DNA from: a virus
Lineage: Duplodnaviria > Caudoviricetes
Strand: one strand, 5' to 3'
DNA length: 55,465 nucleotides
Virus record (IMG/VR): IMGVR_UViG_3300022827_000009
Span: 1 to 55,465 of that record
The notes under the pieces were generated by a model, which saw only the letters and a list, made by a program, of their open reading frames with translations, was not told where the DNA came from and searched no databases. The position numbers were made by a program, and so were the translations under genes. This document shows, piece by piece, positions 23,380 through 32,028 of the stretch; position 1 is the stretch's first letter, and every line of letters starts with the position of its first letter.

Positions 23380-23907
23380 GTGTATAAGCCTGAGCTAATT
23401 AAGAACCTCTTCAGTCAAGAAGACATTGATAGATTGAGGGCAGAGATCCTAGATGGATCTGAGCTGAAGCGTGACGACTACGATGAAGTCTGTAATCGGT
23501 CAGTCATAGAGCACCATCTCTTAGACTCTTACTTTAGCCGTAAAGCTCTAGATGATGTAAGAAGAATCTACGAGGATGAATCCATAGAGCCCACCATATG
23601 CATCTACTCTAAATATGATAGCCCCGACTCTTTTCTGCCTGAACACGTGGACAGGAACGCCTGCGAGTTCAACATCTCTTATGTAGTATCTCAGCAGGAG
23701 CCTTGGCCTATAATCATAAACGGCACTAAGTACTATCTAGAAGTGGGAGACGCCATTACTTATCATGGCACCAACTCTCGACACAGTAGGGGAGAGCTTC
23801 AAGAAACTAGCAATACTGAAGTAGAGATGTTAATATTCCACTACGTCTCCGGCTCCCATTGGTTCTTTAACCACTGCGACGACTTCTACCCGGACAGTGA
23901 GCTGTAA
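23380..23907 (+). CDS. 2OG-Fe(II) oxygenase-like protein (second subfamily)
   Basis: HVDRNACE...WPI...HSR...FHY. Confidence 0.75.
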   Translation: MYKPELIKNLFSQEDIDRLRAEILDGSELKRDDYDEVCNRSVIEHHLLDSYFSRKALDDVRRIYEDESIEPTICIYSKYDSPDSFLPEHVDRNACEFNISYVVSQQEPWPIIINGTKYYLEVGDAITYHGTNSRHSRGELQETSNTEVEMLIFHYVSGSHWFFNHCDDFYPDSEL

Positions 23908-25118
23908 TGCAAATAGCAATGCTTGGGTTTGGTAAAGTCTGCAGAAGTGTCACCAACAAGATAAAAGAGTTCCCAGAGTTTGGGAGAGGTGGCAAAGTTC
24001 AGATCTATGCTATTCACACTAAGCGTCACTCATTAAGTTATGGACCTGACCTTGCCGTTGAGATTCCCGACCCACATGATGATGGGCTTAGGACTTACAA
24101 AGATGGGTACCAAGCTACAGATAATTACTACACATCCGTCACTAACTATGAGGACTGGATATTGGGTGAGCTAGCAAAGGGTGCAATAGACACCGTAATC
24201 AACTGCATCCCGTACAGTGACGACTCTCTTCAGATGTTACACAGGTTCTTGGACGCAGCTCCCGAGCACACGAAGTTCTACCTGATAGGTAAGCCGGAAC
24301 AGAGTGAGCAGGAACTTTTAATATCTGAGGTTGCTGAGCTGAAGAGCTTGCGTATAGCTTTTGTGGAAGATGAAACTAATAGCGTGGACGGGATCTCCGA
24401 AGTACTAGTAAATGAGCTGCGAAAAGATTTGAATGGTGGGCTGCCCTGGGAGAAAGTAATCCGTAGTGAAAAGTTCTGGGAAGACGCAGAACAAAAGTAC
24501 GAAGCCGCACGGCACCAGATGGCTGCGCTACACGTCATGAAAAGAACGGAAGCTGTAGCAGAACGACTAAGTGAGATGCCCGCCGGCAGAACTTCGAATG
24601 GAGCTTGTAACATATCTAGTCCTATAACTGAAGCAGACCTAGAGTCTATACAGAGATTTGTAGTGAACGGTGAGGGATCCTTTGAGCGCAATGAGTGGTA
24701 TGACACCGATAGGAAGTGTCTTGTCGTGGAGCATGAGATGCTTAATTGGTTTTTTGGCCCCTTCTGCTTTGAGGATGCGGCCACGCAAGAGTTTCTGGAG
24801 CCTCTGCTGAGAACCACTAGTGCTAGGTACTACAAGTATGACTCTGCGGATAGCTATGTTGAAGCGCACGTTGAAGCGCCTTCGTGTGGTTACGTTATAG
24901 ATTACGTCATTTCTGGGGACATGCCTTGGCATCTCAATGTTTCAGGTGCGCCTCCCCAGGGTGTAGGAGTGCTAGAGGGAGTAGCTTACAAGTCTGGGCT
25001 AACAAGTAGAGCCCCTCTTGGGGTTGCGACAAGTCCTGTAGAATTGCTGGTAATACATTTTGCTAAAACAGTAAACGGGAAAGTACCTAACTGTACGTGC
25101 TATCAGGAGGATAAATAA
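23907..25118 (+). CDS. Rossmann (homoserine-dehydrogenase-like) N-terminal domain fused to a degenerate 2OG-Fe(II)-like domain
   Basis: IAMLGFGKV at the N-terminus. The C-terminus aligns by eye with 23380..23907 (EH.ML..F, YKYDS.DS..AHVE...C, PW, IHF). Confidence 0.55.
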   Translation: MQIAMLGFGKVCRSVTNKIKEFPEFGRGGKVQIYAIHTKRHSLSYGPDLAVEIPDPHDDGLRTYKDGYQATDNYYTSVTNYEDWILGELAKGAIDTVINCIPYSDDSLQMLHRFLDAAPEHTKFYLIGKPEQSEQELLISEVAELKSLRIAFVEDETNSVDGISEVLVNELRKDLNGGLPWEKVIRSEKFWEDAEQKYEAARHQMAALHVMKRTEAVAERLSEMPAGRTSNGACNISSPITEADLESIQRFVVNGEGSFERNEWYDTDRKCLVVEHEMLNWFFGPFCFEDAATQEFLEPLLRTTSARYYKYDSADSYVEAHVEAPSCGYVIDYVISGDMPWHLNVSGAPPQGVGVLEGVAYKSGLTSRAPLGVATSPVELLVIHFAKTVNGKVPNCTCYQEDK

Positions 25119-25753
25119 TGTTAATGAGTATTCTAGTACTTGGCTATGGACCCGCTGCCCAGGAGTTTGTCAAAGGCATTAAGGCGAGTAAGTTCTACAA
25201 AACTACAGACTTAGACGTCGACAAGGCTAGGATACATGTTGTCCAAGTAGAAGACAATAGTGACCCGAAATACTCTGACCTCACTACGGTTCATGAAATG
25301 GCAGATGGAAATGTCTTGAGGGTGATAAAAGATGGCACCGAACTAACCCCTAATGAAACACCGTTTGGTGATGACGTGTACTGGCTACTAGAATCAGACG
25401 GTCACGACACTGTAGTAGAACTTGAAGAAGGCGACACAAAATGGCTTGAAGAGCTTCTGCCAAAGTTGGCAAAACGTGGATATAGCATCCACCTAACTAA
25501 CCCAGATTTGGTATTGAAGATGCAGGCCAAGCTTGAGGAGGCCACCGCAGCGGGTGCTACTGAGACTGGCAGGCGTACTTCGCTAGTAACTCACAGTGTC
25601 TCTACGGTGCTGCCTAACATCCAAGATCTATTGCTCGATATTTGGCAGTCAAAAAGGCAAGCAACCTCGGTTTCGGCGGCTGATGAAATAGCAATCTCTA
25701 AAGAAGGCGAGCCTTGTGGCACCGAAGACTCAGTTCCTTGGAATAATCTGTAA
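25118..25753 (+). CDS. Rossmann-like protein related to the N-terminal domain of 23907..25118
   Basis: ILVLGYGPA and HDTVVEL. Confidence 0.5.
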   Translation: MLMSILVLGYGPAAQEFVKGIKASKFYKTTDLDVDKARIHVVQVEDNSDPKYSDLTTVHEMADGNVLRVIKDGTELTPNETPFGDDVYWLLESDGHDTVVELEEGDTKWLEELLPKLAKRGYSIHLTNPDLVLKMQAKLEEATAAGATETGRRTSLVTHSVSTVLPNIQDLLLDIWQSKRQATSVSAADEIAISKEGEPCGTEDSVPWNNL

Positions 25754-25773
25754 ACCTGTAGTAGGATAGCACC

Positions 25774-26100
25774 ATGAGTATAAATGATTGGGACTACGTA
25801 TCCGAAGGTGTGACTGAAGAGGATCTTGGGATCTTCACGCTAAGCCTATCCAAGGTCTTAGATAAAAAGGGTGAAGCATACCGTGCGATAGACGCGCTTA
25901 TTGACTCGGCTGGGGAATCCTGGTTTGAGATGGGAGAGAACCTGGAAAGAAAGAGGGTTCTAGATATACTTGACACTTTTGAGCATACCCTGGTAGACTC
26001 TGAAGAAGACGCTAAAATGGCGCTACACGTTCTTAGAGAAATGATTTCCAATGCTACGCAAGAAACCGCCGAAGGAACCGAAGGTTACATACCTTCCTAG
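25774..26100 (+). CDS. Hypothetical protein (ERxRI motif family)
   Basis: GENLERKRVLDIL; leaderless promoter TAGGAT-N6-ATG. Confidence 0.7.
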   Translation: MSINDWDYVSEGVTEEDLGIFTLSLSKVLDKKGEAYRAIDALIDSAGESWFEMGENLERKRVLDILDTFEHTLVDSEEDAKMALHVLREMISNATQETAEGTEGYIPS

Positions 26101-26431
26101 ACCTGCCCGCTCTTATAGGCCTGAATCTTGTCCGGGCCACAAATTTCTTACAGAGACTGAAGGTCTAGTCGATATGGCACTGTCCTATGAAGTTAATGAT
26201 AATTCAGTGTGCTTTAATTGTGGGTTTTACTTTTCGACGTGGGTGTGGTACTCTAATAAAATAACAACAACGTACAGAAAGGGTATTGATAATGAGGCCG
26301 GACAGGTTATTACGTTTCTTGCAAATCAAATTGCAAAAATTGATGATGAAATCCCAGCGGGCTGGGGAGACCATCTCCTGGGCAAACTACGAGATAGAAG
26401 AAAGAAGCAAAAAAATAATGACAGATACTAA
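26051..26431 (+). CDS. Hypothetical protein with CxxH/CxxC
   Basis: ORF within a tightly packed operon. Confidence 0.55.
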   Translation: MLRKKPPKEPKVTYLPRPARSYRPESCPGHKFLTETEGLVDMALSYEVNDNSVCFNCGFYFSTWVWYSNKITTTYRKGIDNEAGQVITFLANQIAKIDDEIPAGWGDHLLGKLRDRRKKQKNNDRY

Positions 26432-26576
26432 TCACGAATACACTATGGAACAGATTGCAGATATCTACTCTAAGCTGGAGGTCTCAAAACTTCTAATAAG
26501 TATGGGCACAGATATCGCCAAGCAAGTTGAAACTGACATTAAATTCTATAGGATGACTAATGACTCAGATAAATAG
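26418..26576 (+). CDS. Hypothetical small protein
   Basis: Start set at ATG 26418 (MTDTNHEY...). Confidence 0.5.
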   Translation: MTDTNHEYTMEQIADIYSKLEVSKLLISMGTDIAKQVETDIKFYRMTNDSDK

Positions 26577-26799
26577 GACTAAGGGCCCTCTGGTATCAAT
26601 CAGTGATGCTGCAAAGATGGGAGGTATCAGTCAAGAAACTATAAGAAAATACGTCAAGCAAGGCATACTGGAGACAGAATTTGACGGAGGGATGATCTAC
26701 TATCGTGAACTACTTAAGGCATCCTGGGAGACAAAACAACGCCACATGACTAGTAATGCTGGTGACAATAATTACAGGAGGCAACAAAATGATGTCTGA
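26560..26799 (+). CDS. MerR/excisionase-like HTH protein
   Basis: SISDAAKMGGISQETIRKYVKQG. Confidence 0.75.
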   Translation: MTQINRTKGPLVSISDAAKMGGISQETIRKYVKQGILETEFDGGMIYYRELLKASWETKQRHMTSNAGDNNYRRQQNDV

Positions 26800-26998
26800 G
26801 TGTGAGCTACACGACTGGGCATTCGGTACAGATGACGATATAGGATGCCCCGTATGTTACGGAATCTCTATAGAGCGTAAACGGATTATTGATCTAATGT
26901 ATGTGAAAGCTGCTAATCGTAATATCTTTGAGGCCCTAGAGCATCCGTACTCTGCGAAAGAGCTAGAGGATATGATCAGGGAGGGACAAGATGACTAA
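26789..26998 (+). CDS. Small Cys/His protein (ERxRI motif family)
   Basis: AGGAGG RBS; CELH...CPVCYG..IERKRIIDL. Confidence 0.65.
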   Translation: MMSECELHDWAFGTDDDIGCPVCYGISIERKRIIDLMYVKAANRNIFEALEHPYSAKELEDMIREGQDD

Positions 26999-27269
26999 GC
27001 AAAACGATTACCTAGGCTCACTTGATCCGGATGAGTTCCAGGCGGAGGAAGATTTCTTAAACAACCACTGGGCCAACGACATGCTAGATGCACCTCACGC
27101 TTTGATTGCGGTTATAGAAACCAAGATAGCTAGAGCGGTAATTGCAGAGCGTAACCAAATCTACAAAGAGATTGATAAGCACTTTCGGCTATTTGACGGA
27201 GAATCAATTTCGCACAAAATCAGCGAAGCGGAGCTTATAACGTTGATAAATGAGGCACTACACGACTAA
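26991..27269 (+). CDS. Hypothetical protein (ERxRI-like motif)
   Basis: GGAGG RBS; AERNQI. Confidence 0.6.
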   Translation: MTKQNDYLGSLDPDEFQAEEDFLNNHWANDMLDAPHALIAVIETKIARAVIAERNQIYKEIDKHFRLFDGESISHKISEAELITLINEALHD

Positions 27270-27416
27270 GCAAGCGTTCGGAAATCCCGAACAGTTCAAG
27301 TTGTACAAGATGTACAAGTCAGCAAAATGTCACACTAAACGCCGATTTGTCCTGCATACTTTGCACCTAAATACCATTTATGTCCAAACTATAGCGAAAA
27401 CGGTAGTGTTGTGACA

Positions 27417-27452
27417 GTCCACTAAAGTGGACAAGCTTCCACTAAAGTGGAC
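27417..27452. repeat. Two palindromic TCCACTAAAGTGGAC units 20 bp apart (operator-like)
   Basis: Copies at 27418-27432 and 27438-27452, in a non-coding gap. Confidence 0.7.
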
Positions 27453-27519
27453 GGAACTGTTACTGCAAAAGCGCCTTAGTAACACTTTGATAGAAACTGT
27501 TAGTAAGAAGAAGATAATA

Positions 27520-27666
27520 ATGACTGATCAAGAGCAGAAAGACTACGAGCTGGGCATCCAAGAAGAGCGTAAACGCATACTTGACATATTAATAGCAAAC
27601 TGCAATACTTATCACACAGCGTTAATGGGTTGTGAGTGTTCAGTGCAGATTGAACTTATAAGCTAA
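27520..27666 (+). CDS. Small protein (ERxRI motif family)
   Basis: MTDQEQKDYELGIQEERKRILDIL...C..H...CEC. Confidence 0.6.
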   Translation: MTDQEQKDYELGIQEERKRILDILIANCNTYHTALMGCECSVQIELIS

Positions 27667-27701
27667 AACGCAAATAATCATTTTTAACTATAAGGAGAAA
27701 A

Positions 27702-28280
27702 ATGAGCTTCCTATATATAGGACTAGATGGAGAGATGTCCTCCAGTGAGCTGGCTGAAGGCGGTAAGCTGATTCAGATTGGCCTGTTCACTCAGGACGGG
27801 TACCAACTCTCTATGAAGATAAATCCAGGTGAGTGCCAGTGGTCAGAGCGCGCCTTTGAGGTTCACGGCATAACACTAGAGTCTTTACAAAGTGCGCCTC
27901 TGCCAGATGAGGTTGACAGTCAAGTTTACGATTGGTTGATTGCAATAGGAGTAGATACTAACAGCAGGGGTAAAACTATCCCTGTCGGGTTTAACGTTGG
28001 CGCATTTGACATGCCCTTTGTGAAGGACTCTCTACCTAAAAGCTACTCGCTTTTCTCAAGAAGAACTGTTGACCTAAACGCACTCTGCTTCGCTCTGGAC
28101 TATAAAGAGGAGAACGGGATGCCCGTAAAGGCCGCGACTTGGAAGAAACGCGCGAAGGCTTATGCCATTGAAAAGATTGGTACAGAAAATCAGCACGATG
28201 CTGGTTGGGATGCAGAGATGCACTATTATTGCTTTGAATACCTGAAGGGAGTAATCGGTGCCACTACACGTTCAGATTAG
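27702..28280 (+). CDS. DEDDh 3'-5' exonuclease
   Basis: LDGE, VHGI, GFN..FD and HDAGWDA; TAAGGAG RBS. Confidence 0.85.
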   Translation: MSFLYIGLDGEMSSSELAEGGKLIQIGLFTQDGYQLSMKINPGECQWSERAFEVHGITLESLQSAPLPDEVDSQVYDWLIAIGVDTNSRGKTIPVGFNVGAFDMPFVKDSLPKSYSLFSRRTVDLNALCFALDYKEENGMPVKAATWKKRAKAYAIEKIGTENQHDAGWDAEMHYYCFEYLKGVIGATTRSD

Positions 28281-28500
28281 AGTAAATCGGACTCTTCTCA
28301 GTGAGATACATATCACTAGGGCGAAAGGTGGCACCGACCCCGACGATGTGAATACTTACATTGCTACTATTGGTGAAGATCCTACTTATCTTGACATTTA
28401 TGAGCAAGAAGGAGTATACTACAAACATCGCTATGGTGATGGTGCAGAGGTTTGCGTTAGGAAAGCACTCGAAGCACTTAAACCATCTATAAAAACATAA
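28258..28500 (+). CDS. Hypothetical phage protein
   Basis: HRYGDGA..CVRKAL. Confidence 0.6.
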   Translation: MPLHVQIRVNRTLLSEIHITRAKGGTDPDDVNTYIATIGEDPTYLDIYEQEGVYYKHRYGDGAEVCVRKALEALKPSIKT

Positions 28501-28537
28501 AAGCTAGCATCCGTAAAAACATGGAAATGAGGTCAAA

Positions 28538-28690
28538 ATGATTAAGTTTAGAAGATACAAAGACTCTGACTCGTTAGGGACTAAGTATGTGTTTGGTATA
28601 GACCTTTACGATATGAAGACTCAGCCAACACTGGACATTATTATTGGCAAGTGGGTGTTCGTATTCTTCTGTGACAGGAAGACCAGATGA
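28538..28690 (+). CDS. 50-aa hypothetical protein
   Basis: GAGG RBS; ATGA overlap with the next gene. Confidence 0.5.
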   Translation: MIKFRRYKDSDSLGTKYVFGIDLYDMKTQPTLDIIIGKWVFVFFCDRKTR

Positions 28691-28959
28691 TAATCACAAC
28701 TGAGTCTGGGGCTGTCTATGATCTAACTAACGGTTATTGCATACGCAATGGCCAGTTCGAATTTAGGTATTGGTGGATCTATTGTTTTGACTCTGAGGAA
28801 GACATGCCTATGTCCGGAGTACCTCAACCGTATGCAAGTGAAGATGCTGAAAAAAGACTTCCAATTCAAATTGGTAAGCGCATGTACCTAGGCGGCAAAG
28901 ACGGCTGGAGGATCTCGACTAAGATAGTTTCAATAGAGGAGGCCCAAAGTGAGGCATAA
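28687..28959 (+). CDS. Hypothetical phage protein
   Basis: TESGAVY...STKIVSIE. Confidence 0.6.
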   Translation: MIITTESGAVYDLTNGYCIRNGQFEFRYWWIYCFDSEEDMPMSGVPQPYASEDAEKRLPIQIGKRMYLGGKDGWRISTKIVSIEEAQSEA

Positions 28960-28989
28960 AATGGTCACGACTGAATCGAGGGGTTAGCA

Positions 28990-29913
28990 ATGCTAGACAA
29001 AGAATCTCAGAAGCAAAGTCTTGAGCAGAACAGTCTCAGCTCTAGCATCCTACCCGGCAATGCAACTGACTCTGTAGGGATGTTCGAATTTAGCGTATAT
29101 GACATGACGGGCAGGGTAAGGACCATTGCCGCGGACTCGGGCGACCGGACTCATGACTATTCTGATGTGAACTCTATGGGGTACAGGTCAGACGAACTTA
29201 AGCAAGCAGACCTGATAACAATTGGATGTTCGCAAACTTTTGGTATTGGAGTGTGTCTAGAGAACACATGGGGTGCAGTCCTGTCTAGGGAACTTAATAT
29301 GTCTCATGCGAACTTATCCTTTATGGGATGGTCTCTAATTACAGGTATAACAGCTGCTTATGCACACGCTAGAGAGCATGGTGCGCCTAAAGTGATTGCA
29401 ATACTTTCCCCGGACTTCTACAGAATTAGTTGGAACTCAAACAGTAAGATTCACACTAGTAGTCAGGACAACAGTAGAGATAATAAAGAAAAAGTTGAGA
29501 TTTCGGATCAGCACTTAACTGGAATCCAAGGCAGAGACCTTCCTAACTACTCTAAAGCTCCGCACTTAATTCAGGACATCATACCCCCCGAAGTGTCTTA
29601 CTATCAAAACTTCTGGGCCCTTAACTCTTTCGTTGAATACTGCAGATTAGCCAATATTAAATTAGTAGTTCAGACCTGGGAGCATAGGCTAGAATCTGTT
29701 CTCTCAGCTTTTGATCTACTCAAAGAGGTATACGTACCTAGAGACCACGACTCCACTAAGAGCTGCACTGTTGACCATCCTTATGGTAACATGGACCATC
29801 CTCACGAGATCTCTAACGGTACTGACATATATGGCAGAACTAGCCCACATATGGGGGCTCATGAGCACTGGCATGTCGCTACAGAGATGGCAGAATTTCT
29901 AAAGAAAGCGTAG
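28990..29913 (+). CDS. SGNH-hydrolase-like protein, paralog 2
   Basis: NSMGYRSDE, GCSQTFG, NLSFMGWS and GTD...HMGAHEH. Confidence 0.6.
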   Translation: MLDKESQKQSLEQNSLSSSILPGNATDSVGMFEFSVYDMTGRVRTIAADSGDRTHDYSDVNSMGYRSDELKQADLITIGCSQTFGIGVCLENTWGAVLSRELNMSHANLSFMGWSLITGITAAYAHAREHGAPKVIAILSPDFYRISWNSNSKIHTSSQDNSRDNKEKVEISDQHLTGIQGRDLPNYSKAPHLIQDIIPPEVSYYQNFWALNSFVEYCRLANIKLVVQTWEHRLESVLSAFDLLKEVYVPRDHDSTKSCTVDHPYGNMDHPHEISNGTDIYGRTSPHMGAHEHWHVATEMAEFLKKA

Positions 29914-29921
29914 GACACAAG

Positions 29922-30026
29922 ATGGGAGACTTTATGAGAGAACTATTTGGAAGTGCTTGGCCGTACTATTTGGCATTTGCTGGACTTTTGGTATGGTGGG
30001 TTGGAGCCAACCTCTGGCGCAAATAA
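29922..30026 (+). CDS. 34-aa single-TM microprotein
   Basis: MGDFMRELFGSAWPYYLAFAGLLVWWVGANLWRK; TAATG coupling to the next gene. Confidence 0.6.
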   Translation: MGDFMRELFGSAWPYYLAFAGLLVWWVGANLWRK

Positions 30027-30403
30027 TGAACAACACTTCTTTTTCACGTATGAAGTCAATCTACAGGGGTTGGAAAGAAAGATATGCGCCTGAGTTTATA
30101 GAGGGTGCTGAGGAAAACTTCCTGCTAGTTAAAGCTATGGATCAAAAAATGGTCTGGACTGCACACTCTACTTGTGATAGTGAGCAACTAACTCCTGGGG
30201 CTCACTGGTTTAATAACAGCTGTTGCTGGGATACCTTTGGTTGGTACGTCAGTGAAACTCCTTGGACTGATAAAGAATTCTACATATCCACTTCTTGGGC
30301 TGGCTTCTGCACTGAGTGCAATGAAGATGGAGAAGGAGCAGAGATTGATCCTGAGTGCACTACATGCGAGGGAGAAGGCACTATAACGGAGTACATAGAC
30401 TAA
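30026..30403 (+). CDS. Hypothetical protein with a DnaJ-like CxxCxGxG Zn finger
   Basis: Start set at ATG 30026; CTEC...CTTCEGEG. Confidence 0.65.
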   Translation: MNNTSFSRMKSIYRGWKERYAPEFIEGAEENFLLVKAMDQKMVWTAHSTCDSEQLTPGAHWFNNSCCWDTFGWYVSETPWTDKEFYISTSWAGFCTECNEDGEGAEIDPECTTCEGEGTITEYID

Positions 30404-30412
30404 GCTGAGATT

Positions 30413-31513
30413 ATGCCTAGTAAAGAGATTACCGCGGATGCCATTGTAATTGGTGCTGGATTTGTCGGGGTGAGGGCGGCCATCGAGCTAAGGGGGAGTG
30501 GCTACTCTAAAGTAATAGTATTGGAAAAAGAGTCACTACCGTTCTCTAGGGCATCTACATACAACCAGTTCAGGGTCCACAGAGGGTACCACTATCCACG
30601 AAGTTTAGAGACAGCTCGGCAGTCGGCCTTGAGCTACCAAAAGTTTATAGAAGAGTATGAACCCGCAATAATAAAAGGCACTAATAGCTACTACGCGGTG
30701 GCCGGCGACTCGAAAGTCAATGCCAAGGCATTTACTAAGCACTGCGCAGAAGTGGGCATACCTCTAGTTGATGCCACTCGCTCACAAAAGGATCACTTTA
30801 ATCTAGAAATGATTGAAGCTGTGTTTGAAGTAGAAGAGTCTTTCTTCAATCCTAATGTGGTCGGAACAATACTGGCTGAAGAGGCCGCCCAATTGGGGAT
30901 AGAGATTATTTGTAACACAAAAGTCTTAGAAGTTATAGACCATCCTGACTATCTCACGGTCAATGCTGATAACCTTAAGGCTTCAGCGGATGTGGTTGTT
31001 AATGCATCCTACGCTGGTATCAACCACATAGGTGGCTATGTACCTAGTTTCTCTAATGAGATTAAATACCAAGTAGCAGAGATCACTCACGTTAAAGCGG
31101 CTCCTAACTATAAGAATCAAGCTTTCACCATTGTGGACGGCCCTTACGTGTCACTAACTCCTCGGTATAACACTAAGTATCATAACCTGTCGCATGTTAC
31201 GTTAACCCCAAGAGAAGAGTTATTTGACACTGGTGCAGGAGAAGCTCTTGAAATTGGCAGGTACCACTCTCGTGCAAAAGATATGATTAGAGAAGCAACT
31301 AAGTACATGCCAGATCTTGGTACAGCTCACCCAACTGGTTCGCACTATGAGGTCAAAGCAATCCTTACTGAGAACTCAAGTGATGATGGCAGGCCAATGA
31401 CTATCAAGAATTTAGACAATCGTAGCTTCTCTATTTTGGGCGGAAAAATTGATGTAATCTCCACTGGGCTCTCCTTGCTGTCTGACCAGTTGCGAGATGG
31501 TGGTAGACTATAA
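30413..31513 (+). CDS. FAD-dependent oxidoreductase (DAO-like)
   Basis: VIGAGFVG, AS..NQFRVHRGYHYPRS, VDGPY and GGKID. Confidence 0.85.
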   Translation: MPSKEITADAIVIGAGFVGVRAAIELRGSGYSKVIVLEKESLPFSRASTYNQFRVHRGYHYPRSLETARQSALSYQKFIEEYEPAIIKGTNSYYAVAGDSKVNAKAFTKHCAEVGIPLVDATRSQKDHFNLEMIEAVFEVEESFFNPNVVGTILAEEAAQLGIEIICNTKVLEVIDHPDYLTVNADNLKASADVVVNASYAGINHIGGYVPSFSNEIKYQVAEITHVKAAPNYKNQAFTIVDGPYVSLTPRYNTKYHNLSHVTLTPREELFDTGAGEALEIGRYHSRAKDMIREATKYMPDLGTAHPTGSHYEVKAILTENSSDDGRPMTIKNLDNRSFSILGGKIDVISTGLSLLSDQLRDGGRL

Positions 31514-31536
31514 CTCGCCAACCTATAAGGAGAGAT

Positions 31537-31815
31537 ATGAAGGTACTAATTAATCGCTGCCCGCACGGGTTCACACTGTCCGAAGCTCAGAAAGAGCTCT
31601 TCCCGGAACTAGCAGCCAACCCAGGCATGCAGGTCAGCGACGTTAACCGCACTGACCAAAGGCTTATTGCATCATTTGAAGCTGGAGACAATCGTGGCGA
31701 TGGTGGCTCAACGCTAACTATCGTAGAAATCCCGGAGGGTGCAAGTTTCAAAGTAGCACCTCGTGGTGGCTACGAAGAGCTAGCTTGGACCACTGGAGAA
31801 TTGAACGTTATCTAA
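31537..31815 (+). CDS. Hypothetical phage protein
   Basis: KVLINRC..GF.LS...R.D..LI...L.IVEIP...GYE; TAAGGAG RBS. Confidence 0.7.
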   Translation: MKVLINRCPHGFTLSEAQKELFPELAANPGMQVSDVNRTDQRLIASFEAGDNRGDGGSTLTIVEIPEGASFKVAPRGGYEELAWTTGELNVI

Positions 31816-32021
31816 TGAAAAACACGTACGAAGAAGGATCAGCTGAGCACACTGCTTTTGAGCAAGGTTCTTTAGCTGAACGTACTCGTCTTCTTAAGGT
31901 GATAAATAAATACCATACAACTTTCTGTCAGGGCGAACTTTCGGAGCATGACGACTGCACAAAGACAATGCAAATTCGCTATCTGTATGAGTTTGCAACT
32001 GAGTCTAGAACGCTTAAGTAG
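31815..32021 (+). CDS. Small protein (ERxRI motif family)
   Basis: Start at ATG 31815 (TAATG); FEQGSLAERTRLL. Confidence 0.6.
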   Translation: MKNTYEEGSAEHTAFEQGSLAERTRLLKVINKYHTTFCQGELSEHDDCTKTMQIRYLYEFATESRTLK

Positions 32022-32028
32022 TCTAAGT

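Noticed and set aside
27417-27452. Possible mini-CRISPR array
   Set aside because: Only two 15-bp units separated by 5 bp, with no spacers and no cas genes.
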